From the sequence record SRR2962707_5528: a DNA stretch of 38,678 nt, one strand, 5' to 3'. Each line of letters opens with the position of its first letter. Within the stretch, counting starts at the first letter, position 1. Under the pieces are notes generated by a model. That model did no database searches. It had not been told where the DNA came from and saw only the letters and a list, made by a program, of their open reading frames with translations. A program made the position numbers and the translations under genes. Positions 1-8,729 of the stretch are shown one piece after another.

Positions 1-3
1 CCC

Positions 4-31
4 TGTAAGGGGACACTTGTAATAAGAGTCG
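4..31 (+). repeat. Left end (attL): TG terminus plus putative transposase site L1
   Basis: TGTAAGGGGACACTTGTAATAAGAGTCG matches the reverse complement of 38650-38677 at 19/28 positions. Confidence 0.8.
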
Positions 32-32
32 T

Positions 33-70
33 CCGGGATATGCCGGGATACGACGGGATATACTGGGACG
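33..70 (+). repeat. 10-bp-periodic tandem repeat (CGGGATA x3 plus degenerate TGGGAC); candidate pac region
   Basis: gtccgggata tgccgggata cgacgggata tactgggacg; Mu pac lies at a comparable distance from the left end. Confidence 0.6.
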
Positions 71-122
71 CCGCGGTGGGCGTGAGATACAGGGCGCCGG
101 CGCTTGCGAGCATCGTAACACC

Positions 123-178
123 GTAGAAACTGGAGTGCGGCAACACTTTGCGTCGCAGTCCTCTTGAAACTGGAGTCG
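123..178 (+). repeat. Putative transposase-binding sites L2/L3
   Basis: GTAGAAACTGGAGTGC (123-138) and CTTGAAACTGGAGTCG (163-178); the latter is 12/16 identical to L1 (16-31). Confidence 0.6.
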
Positions 179-234
179 CTCTCGGACGCCCGAGCGATCT
201 CTTAGAAGTCCATGAAGCCATGCTGAGAGGCGTC

Positions 235-720
235 TCACTCGTTGTCTGGCGCCGGCGGCGGTATGTGCTTCACGGCATCGATCAGCTGCGCCGTGTCGTC
301 TATCGATATGTCGTATTTAAACACCAACGACCTGAGCGTTTCCCAGATCACCTGGGGCGGCTCGTAGTCAGCAGCGATCACGGCCGCGTCGACGGTCTCC
401 CGAGAGCGCCTAAGCCGGTCGCCAACGGATTGCTGGACGCGCTGGTAGCCTTCTGTGCCGAACTCGGGACGCCGATCCGCAAGGCCAGGCACCGCCGACG
501 GCTGACCTGAGAGCATCTGCCCCCGTCCGGTGAGGAGCCAATCCGGCTCAACTCCCATCTCAAACATGAAGGACAGATCTGTCACACTTGGGTCAATATC
601 GCCCTTCTCATAGCGCTCCCAGGATTTTCGGCTCTTCCCGGCCAAGTCCGCGGCCCGACCTATAGTGAGATCGAGTGCTTTCCTAGCTTCCCGAAGGCGT
701 ACACCAAACTCGTTGCTCAT
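235..720 (-). CDS. Phage repressor (XRE/Cro-CI HTH)
   Basis: N-terminal HTH (RLREARKALDLTIGRAADLAGKSRKSWERYEKG...DWLLTGRG); leftmost gene, divergent from ner; start could be the GTG at 780. Confidence 0.85.
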   Translation of the reverse strand: MSNEFGVRLREARKALDLTIGRAADLAGKSRKSWERYEKGDIDPSVTDLSFMFEMGVEPDWLLTGRGQMLSGQPSAVPGLADRRPEFGTEGYQRVQQSVGDRLRRSRETVDAAVIAADYEPPQVIWETLRSLVFKYDISIDDTAQLIDAVKHIPPPAPDNE

Positions 721-973
721 GGTGACAGTTCCATCGCCAAACTGTCGCAAGCCGGTGAATCCACAGGCAACCGACGACACATCTCAAAAAAATGCGCAAT
801 ATCAATAAGATAAACAGAATGCGACATTATTGTACCATTTTTCAAAGATTCACCCATATTTGTCGTTGATTTTGGTTCATATCTGACGTACTCATTATAC
901 GAACGTGATTTTACACACCTCATAAAAACCGGCTCTGCAAAGCCGGCGATTTTGGAGAGAGGACCACCACACG
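721..973. promoter_or_regulatory. Divergent repressor/early promoter-operator region with IHF-like site
   Basis: AT-rich; A-tract then TATCAAtaagATA (800-812) close to the IHF consensus WATCAANNNNTTR; inverted repeat GACAGTT/AACTGTC (724-746). Confidence 0.65.
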
Positions 974-1255
974 ATGCACCCAGCGGACATCAAGGCGGCT
1001 GTCGAGAAAAAGGGCTCCAATCTGACCAAGATCGCCCTGAAAGCCGGCCTGTCCGAGAGCGCCTGCAGGATGGCTCTCCGTTTCGACTTTGTGCCGGCCG
1101 GAGAGCGGGCGATCGCGGCGTACCTCAACATGCCGCCTCACGATCTCTGGCCGGACCGCTACGACAAAGACGGCAATCGCGTCATTGGTCGTAACAAAAC
1201 CAATCCTACGAAATCAGAAGTGGATGGTCACCGTCAAAAAGGCGCCGTGGCATGA
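974..1255 (+). CDS. ner: Ner-like DNA-binding protein
   Basis: MHPADIKAAVEKKG...GERAIAAYL...LWPDRY Ner/Nlp signature; position opposite the repressor. Confidence 0.9.
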   Translation: MHPADIKAAVEKKGSNLTKIALKAGLSESACRMALRFDFVPAGERAIAAYLNMPPHDLWPDRYDKDGNRVIGRNKTNPTKSEVDGHRQKGAVA

Positions 1256-1299
1256 ACGCCCGGATTTGGCGAGTTAATTCCGGGGAGGCAACCGCTTGA
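1252..1299 (+). CDS. Possible 15-aa linker mini-ORF
   Basis: ATG overlaps the ner stop (ATGA) and its TGA overlaps the TTG start of the next gene. Confidence 0.3.
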   Translation: MNARIWRVNSGEATA

Positions 1300-2138
1300 A
1301 ATACGTCGAGACAAAGATGGTCGCGATCGACGAGATAGACGTCGGCAGCTCTTGGCGGCCGCTCAACGACGCCATGGTCAACGCTCTCGCGGCCAAGATC
1401 GCGAAGAACGGTCAGAAAACCCCGATCGAGCTGGTCAAGCAGAAGAAGGGCAAGCCCTACCGGATGGTTGCCGGCCGGCATCGCTTGGCCGCGATCAAGA
1501 AGAATGGCGATCCCCAGATCCGGGCCGATCTGTTCGAGCCCGATAAGAAGCACGCTTCACTCTATATTGAGCTCGCTGAGCTGGATGAGAACCTGGACCG
1601 TTACGAGCTCAACCCATTGGACCGTGCGGTTTTCATCGGTCGCCGCGAGGAAATCTACCTGACCCTGCACCCGGAAACCGCTCGCGGCGCCGCCGGGGCG
1701 AATGCCCGTCACGGACATGCAAACGAAACGCTTTCGTTTGCAGAAGAAACGGCCGAGATGATCGGCTTGGGCGTTCGAGCGGTCCAGCGTGCCACGCGGA
1801 TTTACAAGGCGGTCGAGCCCGACGTGCGCGCCCGGATCGTCGGCACGCCGCTGGCCGATAAGGAAGGCGAGCTCTACCAGCTGACGCAATACGATCACGA
1901 CCGGCAGCTAGCGATTCTCGATATGTGCCTCCGCGAGGCAGATCCGGTGCCGAGCGTGAAGGCCGCTGGCGACATCATCAACGGCCACGGGAAACCAACG
2001 CCTACACAGGCCGACGCGCACCACAAGAAACTCTATGAAACTTGGAAACGATGCGACTCGAAAACAGGCCGCAAGCGATATCTCGATGAGCTGATCGAGA
2101 TGGGTGTCATCACCTCTTACAACGAGGCGCAGCTCTGA
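1296..2138 (+). CDS. ParB/Srx N-terminal domain protein with HTH
   Basis: GQKTPIEL...YRMVAGRHRLAA and ELDENLDR ParB motifs. Confidence 0.85.
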   Translation: MKYVETKMVAIDEIDVGSSWRPLNDAMVNALAAKIAKNGQKTPIELVKQKKGKPYRMVAGRHRLAAIKKNGDPQIRADLFEPDKKHASLYIELAELDENLDRYELNPLDRAVFIGRREEIYLTLHPETARGAAGANARHGHANETLSFAEETAEMIGLGVRAVQRATRIYKAVEPDVRARIVGTPLADKEGELYQLTQYDHDRQLAILDMCLREADPVPSVKAAGDIINGHGKPTPTQADAHHKKLYETWKRCDSKTGRKRYLDELIEMGVITSYNEAQL

Positions 2139-2623
2139 TGGCAAAGCGGCGCGGCGACAACGACACCCTCGACCTATTGCTGGATTTCAAGCCGCAGGCA
2201 CCGATCGTTCGCCGCTATGACGATCGGCGCGTACAGGCGGTTTCTTTCAAGCAAAAGATCGCTCGTGCGATCTCTGAAACCTTCACCGAATCCGATCTGT
2301 CCCGCTCGGAGATTGCCAAGGCGATGAGCGAGTTCCTTGGCGAATGCGTCACCGTCAACATGCTCAACGCCTACGCGGCGCCGAGCCGCAACGACCACAA
2401 CATTTCATACGTCCGCCTTCTCGCACTAGTGCATGCCACCGGAGACGCCCGCCTGTTGCAGATCGGCGCCGACGTCTGCGGCCATCTTGTGGTCGACAAC
2501 AAGTACATCGAGTGGGTCGAGCTCGGCATGGAAGCCGAGCGGCTCGACCGCGTGCAGCAGACCGCGGCCGAGATCGAGGGCTCGTTCTCAGGGAAGCTAC
2601 GCCGAATCCGGAGGGGATCTTAA
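2138..2623 (+). CDS. Mu-like early protein (putative DNA-binding)
   Basis: Coupled between ParB-like and MuA; SRSEIAKAMSEFLG...NMLNAYA HTH-like segment. Confidence 0.7.
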   Translation: MAKRRGDNDTLDLLLDFKPQAPIVRRYDDRRVQAVSFKQKIARAISETFTESDLSRSEIAKAMSEFLGECVTVNMLNAYAAPSRNDHNISYVRLLALVHATGDARLLQIGADVCGHLVVDNKYIEWVELGMEAERLDRVQQTAAEIEGSFSGKLRRIRRGS

Positions 2624-4581
2624 TGAAGGAATGGTTCACCGCCGCTGAGCTGGCCGAGCTGAAACTGCCGGATTGCCCGACAAACCGGACGGCCTTCTCG
2701 AACAAGATCTCACGCGAGAGATGGAATGACCGAACCAACCTCGCCGGCCAGCCATTGGCGCGTCGGCGCAAGGGCCGCGGCGGCGGATTTGAGTATCACT
2801 ACACGCTTCTCCCCTCTCGGGCGCAGCTGAAGCTGACCGCTGACGATCGCCGCGCCGCAGAGGCGACAGAAAAGCCAACTCGCCAAGTCACCAGGGAGGA
2901 CATCGGCCGCGACGAAATGTGGCGTTGGTACGACGGGCTGCCGGCCAATCGCAAGAAGAAGGCGGAGCGGCGCCTCCGGATACTGGAGAGCGTCATCAAC
3001 CTCGAACGCGGCGGCATGCTCAAGAACTCGGCCGTGCACAGGCTTTCCGATGCCGAGGGCGTCGGCGCGTCGACGATCTGGACATGGTTCGACATGGTGC
3101 GCGGCAAGGCCCGTGCCGATTGGCTGCCCTATCTGGCGCCGCGCAACACCGGACGCACCAAGACCGTCGAATGCGATCCCCGTGCATGGGAAGCGCTCAA
3201 GGCCGATTACCTTCGTCTCGCGAAACCACCGTTCCAGGTCAGTTACGAGCGCGTGAAGGATATTGCCGAGGCGGAGGGCTCGCAGATCCCGTCCGCGCGG
3301 ACTTTGGAACGCCGAATGGCAAGCGAGGTGCCGGCAGCCGTCAAGGTTCTCTTACGGGACGGCGAAGACGCTCTCAGGCAGATGTATCCGCCGCAGGAGC
3401 GCGACCGCTCGAACATGCACGCGATGGAAGCCGTCAACATCGACGGCCACAAATGGGACGTCTTCGTGCGCTGGCCGGACGGCACGATCGCCCGCCCGAT
3501 CATGGTGGCAATCCAGGACCTGTACTCGAACAAATGTCTCGCCTGGCGTGTGGACCGCTCTGAGAACACGGACGTGGTACGTCTGGCGCTGGCTGACGTG
3601 TTCCGAGACTTCGGACTGTTCGACCACATCTACATGGACAACGGCCGGGCATTCGCGTCGAAGTACGTTTCAGGCGGCACATCCAACCGGTACCGGTTCA
3701 AGGTCAAAGCAGAAGAACCGACCGGCATCCTGACGACGCTGGGAATCGGCATTACCTGGACGCGACCCTATAGCGGCCAGTCGAAGCCGATCGAGCGCAT
3801 GTTCCGCGACTTCTGCGACCGGATCGCCAAGCATCCGAAATTCGAAGGCGCCTACACCGGTAACAAGCCGGACGCGAAGCCCGAGAATTACGGCAGCAAG
3901 GCCATACCGCTGGACGAGTTCCTCGCCGTCGTTGAGCAAGGTATTCGTCTTCATAACGCGAAACCGAACCGGCGCACGAGGGTATGTGGCGGGACCAGGT
4001 CGTTCGATCAGGCGTTCGAGGAAAGCTACGCGAAGGCCCTGGTCCGCAAATGCTCCGACGAGCAGCTGCGCATGTGCCTCATGGCGGCAGAAAGTGTCCG
4101 CACTGACCGTCGCTCCGGATCGATACGGCTGCTCGGAAACCGGTACTGGTCGGAATTCCTGCACGATCAGATCGGCAAGGCGCTGACCGTGCGGTTCGAT
4201 CCGGACAATCTCTACGACGGCGTTCACGTCTACCGGCTCGACGGTGCATATCTCGGCTTCGCCGGTTGCATCGAAGCGGCAGGCTTCGGCGATGCCGAAG
4301 CGGCCCGCGAGCACGCACGCAAATTCAAGAAATTCCGCCGCGCCACCAAAGAGGCTGCAGAACTCGAACGGCAGATGTCGATCGACGAGCTCACACGGCT
4401 GTTGCCTGACGTCGAGGAACGGCCGGCGCCAGAGACCAAAGTGGTTCGCATGTTCAGCGGCTCAGCCGCGCTCAAACAGCAGACCGAGACCGAAACGGAC
4501 GCCGATGAAGAGCAGGATTTCGATTTCAGCACGGCCTTTTCAAACGGGCTACGCCTGATCGAGACGGAGAGTGATCTCTGA
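2623..4581 (+). CDS. Mu transposase A (DDE)
   Basis: N-terminal Mu DNA-binding domain (EWFTAAELA...GGGFEYH); catalytic IDGH, MDNGRAF, SKPIER; C-terminal VRFDP; ATG at 2623. Confidence 0.95.
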   Translation: MKEWFTAAELAELKLPDCPTNRTAFSNKISRERWNDRTNLAGQPLARRRKGRGGGFEYHYTLLPSRAQLKLTADDRRAAEATEKPTRQVTREDIGRDEMWRWYDGLPANRKKKAERRLRILESVINLERGGMLKNSAVHRLSDAEGVGASTIWTWFDMVRGKARADWLPYLAPRNTGRTKTVECDPRAWEALKADYLRLAKPPFQVSYERVKDIAEAEGSQIPSARTLERRMASEVPAAVKVLLRDGEDALRQMYPPQERDRSNMHAMEAVNIDGHKWDVFVRWPDGTIARPIMVAIQDLYSNKCLAWRVDRSENTDVVRLALADVFRDFGLFDHIYMDNGRAFASKYVSGGTSNRYRFKVKAEEPTGILTTLGIGITWTRPYSGQSKPIERMFRDFCDRIAKHPKFEGAYTGNKPDAKPENYGSKAIPLDEFLAVVEQGIRLHNAKPNRRTRVCGGTRSFDQAFEESYAKALVRKCSDEQLRMCLMAAESVRTDRRSGSIRLLGNRYWSEFLHDQIGKALTVRFDPDNLYDGVHVYRLDGAYLGFAGCIEAAGFGDAEAAREHARKFKKFRRATKEAAELERQMSIDELTRLLPDVEERPAPETKVVRMFSGSAALKQQTETETDADEEQDFDFSTAFSNGLRLIETESDL

Positions 4582-4587
4582 GAAAGC

Positions 4588-4620
4588 GAGGGCGCCGCGG
4601 CGGCAACCGCGAACGCCCTC
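4588..4620 (+). promoter_or_regulatory. Intergenic stem-loop between A and B
   Basis: GAGGGCG-c-CGCGG-[CGGCAA]-CCGCG-aa-CGCCCTC. Confidence 0.5.
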
Positions 4621-4651
4621 AGGTTCAACTTTTCAACAAGGAGTGTTTAGC

Positions 4652-5632
4652 ATGGACGGCAACATCAACGCTACCGATAACGACAAGACCTTCAGCGATG
4701 ACGAGCTCGAACAGATCCGGGCGGATCTGAAGGGGATCAAGAATTCAAACATGACGTGGGAGCAAATCTCCCGCGAGTCCGGCATCCCGCAGGGCACCAT
4801 CTCACAATTCGCCACCGGGAAGTATGCCGGCGACAACCAGAAGCTCGCCGGACGCATCCAGATGTGGCTCTTCTCCCGCTCGGAGAAGGAAGCGCAGTCG
4901 CGGAAGCTGCGCCGTGAACCGGCGTTCCAGAACACGCCGACGGCGCAGAAGTTCAACGAGATCCTCCGGTTCGCCCACACGCTACCGGACATCGTCGTCA
5001 TCGCCGGTGTCCCGGGCGTCGGCAAGACCTCAGCCCTGAAGAACTACGCAGCGAATAACGCGAACGTCTACATGGCGACTATGAAGCCCAGTACGTCGTC
5101 GGTGAACACGATGCTGAACACTCTCGCCAAAGCCATGGGGGTACACGAACGCTCGCAGAGCAAGCTGAGCGGTGCAATCGGCGCCAGAGTCGAAGAAGCC
5201 GGCGCACTGATCATCGTAGACGAGGCGCAGCACCTGTCGAGCGCCGCACTCGATGAGTTGCGCTCGTTTCATGATCAATACGGTACCGGGCTCGCTTTGG
5301 TTGGAAACACCGCGGTCTATACGCAGCTTGAGGGCGGCGGCCGGCAGACCAGCTTTGCGCAACTGTTCTCGCGTATTGGCATGCGCATCACGCAGGCTAA
5401 GCCGGTGCAGGAAGACGTCTGCATGCTTCTCGACGCGTGGGAGGTGCCGGACAACCTGCGCCGCACCCTCAAGGCGATTGCCGCTAAACCGGGTGCGCTG
5501 CGCGTTCTCAACAAGACCCTGACGCTGGCCTACATGCTCGCCGCCGGCAACGAGGACGGAATCACCGAAGCGCACGTGAAAGCCGCTTACGAGCGCCTCT
5601 CGACCGAGAGCGGTAACAAGGAGCGGAAGTAA
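4652..5632 (+). CDS. MuB-like transposition AAA+ ATPase
   Basis: Walker A GVPGVGKT, Walker B IIVDEAQHL, N-terminal HTH, QLFSRIG; AAGGAG RBS. Confidence 0.95.
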   Translation: MDGNINATDNDKTFSDDELEQIRADLKGIKNSNMTWEQISRESGIPQGTISQFATGKYAGDNQKLAGRIQMWLFSRSEKEAQSRKLRREPAFQNTPTAQKFNEILRFAHTLPDIVVIAGVPGVGKTSALKNYAANNANVYMATMKPSTSSVNTMLNTLAKAMGVHERSQSKLSGAIGARVEEAGALIIVDEAQHLSSAALDELRSFHDQYGTGLALVGNTAVYTQLEGGGRQTSFAQLFSRIGMRITQAKPVQEDVCMLLDAWEVPDNLRRTLKAIAAKPGALRVLNKTLTLAYMLAAGNEDGITEAHVKAAYERLSTESGNKERK

Positions 5633-5940
5633 TGTTGAGTGACGATCTGCAGGGGTTACACAACAGCTTGCTGGCGCACCGCCAGGTCGGTTTAACGATA
5701 GAGCCGGCAGGCATTGCCTCGCTTTGCCGGATTCTTCAGACAGCAGCATCGGATGCCCGTGCGCTGGAGCGTTCGGCCGTTAAACAGCCGTGCCTGAGGG
5801 AGATCCGCACGGTCGGTGGCGACCCGGATGTTCTCGACTTTCAGGACATCAAGGCTCGGCGCGAAATCCTAGACTGGATTGCCGGTCAGGGCGTAACGAT
5901 CCTGCCGCCGGACGATGTCGGGCCGGGAGGTGCGGCATGA
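5632..5940 (+). CDS. Hypothetical phage protein
   Basis: Translationally coupled on both sides. Confidence 0.65.
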   Translation: MLSDDLQGLHNSLLAHRQVGLTIEPAGIASLCRILQTAASDARALERSAVKQPCLREIRTVGGDPDVLDFQDIKARREILDWIAGQGVTILPPDDVGPGGAA

Positions 5941-6716
5941 ACGCACCGGTAAGTATCATCAAGCGACATGTCGCCGACGAGTTCGGCGTACCCGTCGCCT
6001 CGCTCAGCGATCCGAGCCGTCTTCAGAAATACGTCCGCCCTCGGCAGGTTGCGATGTATCTCACTCGGAAATTGACGGTGCTGTCGACCTCCGGTGTCGG
6101 CCGTGCGTTTGGCAACCGTGACCATACCACCGTCATGCATAGCGAGAAGAAGGTGCTGCAGCTCATGAAGCAGGACCGTGATTTTCGGAGAACCGTTGAG
6201 GACATCCGGTCCAGCATAGAGATGGCGGTCGAAGACGCCGAGCTGGCGCCAGTCGACCTGCGGAACATGAACGGCGAACCTCGCCGCAAGATGCTGCGGC
6301 AGGTGAAGAAGACGCCAGGGCGCACGGCCGTAGCCTCTTACCGGCAACTGCTGCACGACCTCAACAGGGAGTTCGGCGAGAAACTCGTTCACGGCGCAAC
6401 TGATGCATTCGGCTCGGAGGTCAAGTTCCTGATCTCCGAGAGCGGTTCATGGTCGATGTTGTCGCTGTTCACCTCGAACGGCCTTCAGGCGCGGCTGATT
6501 GCCTTCGGCGACAGTTGGAAGCGCTTCGGTGGCGTCGAGATCAAGCGCGTTTCATCGACGCAGCCGACGAAGAATCAGGCAAAGAAGCGCCGCTGCAACA
6601 TGTGCTCCGAGACGTTCCTCAGCCGGCACTTCGGTGAGCGGACGTGCCCGAAATGCAAGGCAACAAGAGCCTGGAGAGAACCCGGCGAAGCTCGCCTCGT
6701 GGAGGCGCGGGTATGA
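5937..6716 (+). CDS. DnaA C-terminal (domain IV) HTH protein with C-terminal Zn ribbon
   Basis: RPRQVAMYLTR...VGRAFGNRDHTTVMHS; C-terminal CNMC...CPKC. Confidence 0.85.
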   Translation: MNAPVSIIKRHVADEFGVPVASLSDPSRLQKYVRPRQVAMYLTRKLTVLSTSGVGRAFGNRDHTTVMHSEKKVLQLMKQDRDFRRTVEDIRSSIEMAVEDAELAPVDLRNMNGEPRRKMLRQVKKTPGRTAVASYRQLLHDLNREFGEKLVHGATDAFGSEVKFLISESGSWSMLSLFTSNGLQARLIAFGDSWKRFGGVEIKRVSSTQPTKNQAKKRRCNMCSETFLSRHFGERTCPKCKATRAWREPGEARLVEARV

Positions 6717-6805
6717 AGCGCCGCAATCCCATCATCCGAGCAATCTGCCAGCAGCTGCGCTGGTGGCGGACCATGCTGCAACCACTACCGAGGACGAACC
6801 GATGA
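6713..6805 (+). CDS. Possible 30-aa basic peptide
   Basis: MKRRNPIIRAICQQLRWWRTMLQPLPRTNR; ATGA overlaps at both ends; GGAGG upstream. Confidence 0.45.
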   Translation: MKRRNPIIRAICQQLRWWRTMLQPLPRTNR

Positions 6806-7317
6806 CCACACTCGAAGATATAGAGCGCCTTGCGCAGGAGCACCGTGACGATCGCGACGAGCTAATCGACACGATCGACATCATGGAGGACGAGATAAAC
6901 ACGGTCAGGTCGCGCTACATGCGCGAGATCCGTCCGCTGATTAAGACGGCCGCGAGATCCGGCAAAGCGCTGTACGACGCCGTCGAGGGAGCGCCGGAGC
7001 TGTTCAAGAAACCGAAGTCGCAGACGTTCCACGGGATCAAAGTCGGGTTCCAGAAGCAGAAAGGCAAGATTTCGTTCAAGGACGCCGCGAGCGTGGTGGC
7101 GCTGATCCGGAAGCACCTGAAGGGCAAGTTCAAGTCGCTCGTTAAGGTCAGCGAAACGCCGGACAAGAACGCTCTCGCCAACCTCTCCGGCGCCGATCTC
7201 AAGAGGATCGGCTGCACCGTCACCGAGGACACCGACGTCGCCATCGTCCGACCCGTCGAGAGCGAGTCGGAAAAGGCCGTCACGGCTCTCCTCAAGGACG
7301 CGGAGGAAGCGGCATGA
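6802..7317 (+). CDS. gam: Mu Gam-like host-nuclease inhibitor
   Basis: Coiled-coil N-terminus then LFKKPKSQTFHGIKVGFQK...VKVSETPDKNAL; typical position. Confidence 0.75.
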   Translation: MTTLEDIERLAQEHRDDRDELIDTIDIMEDEINTVRSRYMREIRPLIKTAARSGKALYDAVEGAPELFKKPKSQTFHGIKVGFQKQKGKISFKDAASVVALIRKHLKGKFKSLVKVSETPDKNALANLSGADLKRIGCTVTEDTDVAIVRPVESESEKAVTALLKDAEEAA

Positions 7318-7514
7318 GCCGTAAGAAACCCAACAAGGTCTATCGCGTCATCACCATCGCTGGCCCCGACCTTTACGTGTTGGCACGCCACGCCAAAGGA
7401 GCGCGCTCGGTGGCCGAAGCGCATGGGCATGAGCCGATGCCTGGCAAGGACAAAGTCGTGCACGTCGAAGACGAATACGCCGAGCAGGCGATCAACCGGG
7501 AGAGAGCCAAATGA
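7314..7514 (+). CDS. Hypothetical protein
   Basis: Coupled ORF in early operon. Confidence 0.65.
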   Translation: MSRKKPNKVYRVITIAGPDLYVLARHAKGARSVAEAHGHEPMPGKDKVVHVEDEYAEQAINRERAK

Positions 7515-7951
7515 AGATCTACCTCGCAAGCAGTTGGAGAAACCTAAACCAGCCCGAGTGGGTGAAGTTCCTACGTGAACTCGGGCACGACGTTTACGAC
7601 TTCCGGAATCCACCTGCCGGAACCGGGTTCCAATGGACCCGGATCGATCCGCGTTGGGAGGAATGGACGCCGCTGGACCTGATCGAGGGGCTGCAGCATC
7701 CGAATGCCGAGGCTGGCTTCAAGTCCGATTTCGACGCCATGCAGTGGTGCGACGTTTGTCTCATGCTGCTTCCGTGCGGTCGAAGTGCGCACCTGGAACT
7801 CGGCTGGGCGGTTGGCGCCGGAAAGAAGACGGGCATCATCCTGGCCGACGGATGCGAGCCGGAGCTGATGATCAAGATGGCAGACCGGTTGTTCGTCAAA
7901 ACTTCGGAGGTGGTCGACTGGCTCGCCGCCCTGAACCGGGAGGCGGCGTGA
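7511..7951 (+). CDS. Nucleoside 2-deoxyribosyltransferase/N-glycosidase-like protein
   Basis: KIYLAS...DFDAMQWCDVCL...GRSAHLELGWA NDT-fold pattern (Tyr, Asp, Glu). Confidence 0.75.
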   Translation: MKIYLASSWRNLNQPEWVKFLRELGHDVYDFRNPPAGTGFQWTRIDPRWEEWTPLDLIEGLQHPNAEAGFKSDFDAMQWCDVCLMLLPCGRSAHLELGWAVGAGKKTGIILADGCEPELMIKMADRLFVKTSEVVDWLAALNREAA

Positions 7952-8181
7952 TGAAGGCGCTGGCCTACGAGGACGGGATGGCGTGCGAGATCTTCGATCA
8001 CGTGAACCTGTTGATCGAAGCCAAGGCCTTTGACGCCCGCGTTACGCATCTTCACCCCAAATCGGGGGAGGTGTCGGTGCGATATGAGGATTACACCGAC
8101 ACAACCCGTACCGGTGAGCCCAAGACCAAGTCGAAACGCGTTCCGACGCGTCAGATTGAGCTCGTGCGGAGGGACGGATGA
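7951..8181 (+). CDS. Hypothetical protein
   Basis: GGAGG RBS, coupled start. Confidence 0.6.
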   Translation: MKALAYEDGMACEIFDHVNLLIEAKAFDARVTHLHPKSGEVSVRYEDYTDTTRTGEPKTKSKRVPTRQIELVRRDG

Positions 8182-8384
8182 GTAACCCCGATTTCATCAT
8201 GCAGCCGGTCGTCACCGTCGTCGACCACAACGGCACGCCGGCGATCCGCTCCGAGGAAGTCCGCGGCGACCCCAAGCGCGGCGGTGGTACGCACGTCGAA
8301 CTATTGGCTTTTCACGACCCCAAGGAAGGGCTGCGCATCGCTCGTGATCTCGCCGTGATGTGCATGTCGAAGATCGAGGACTGA
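8178..8384 (+). CDS. Hypothetical protein
   Basis: GGAGG RBS, ATGA overlap. Confidence 0.6.
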   Translation: MSNPDFIMQPVVTVVDHNGTPAIRSEEVRGDPKRGGGTHVELLAFHDPKEGLRIARDLAVMCMSKIED

Positions 8385-8387
8385 CCG

Positions 8388-8726
8388 ATGGCAATCGAGC
8401 AGACCCGCCAAGACCTGGAGGCTGAGAATGCCGAGCTGAAGCGCAAGCTCGCGACGCTCGAAGCGGCCACGGTCGAGCTGCGGATCTGCGCAACGCCATT
8501 CTCCAAGTGGCATGAGGTCTCCGAGAAATGCGAGGCGCTTCGCCAGGCACTCAAGATCGTCGGCGTGGCCCTTAAGGACATCAAGCCGGCACCCGGTCAT
8601 TGCGACCGTGTTCGGGGCCTCCAGGCACGCGCCGAACACGAAGAAGTCGACCTCCGTACCCTTGCCGACGCCGCGGATGCTGAGCGGCGCGCACAGCCCG
8701 GCTACCGGGCGGACGTGGAGGGATGA
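8388..8726 (+). CDS. Hypothetical coiled-coil protein
   Basis: GAGG RBS, operon context. Confidence 0.6.
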   Translation: MAIEQTRQDLEAENAELKRKLATLEAATVELRICATPFSKWHEVSEKCEALRQALKIVGVALKDIKPAPGHCDRVRGLQARAEHEEVDLRTLADAADAERRAQPGYRADVEG

Positions 8727-8729
8727 GAC

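Noticed and set aside
1-3. Target-site duplication
   Set aside because: Too little flanking sequence to assess
33-178. CRISPR array
   Set aside because: Repeats too short, no spacers, no cas genes
2344-2622. N-terminal extension of MuA from the ORF track
   Set aside because: Overlaps the upstream gene; the Mu DNA-binding domain starts at ATG 2623 with an RBS
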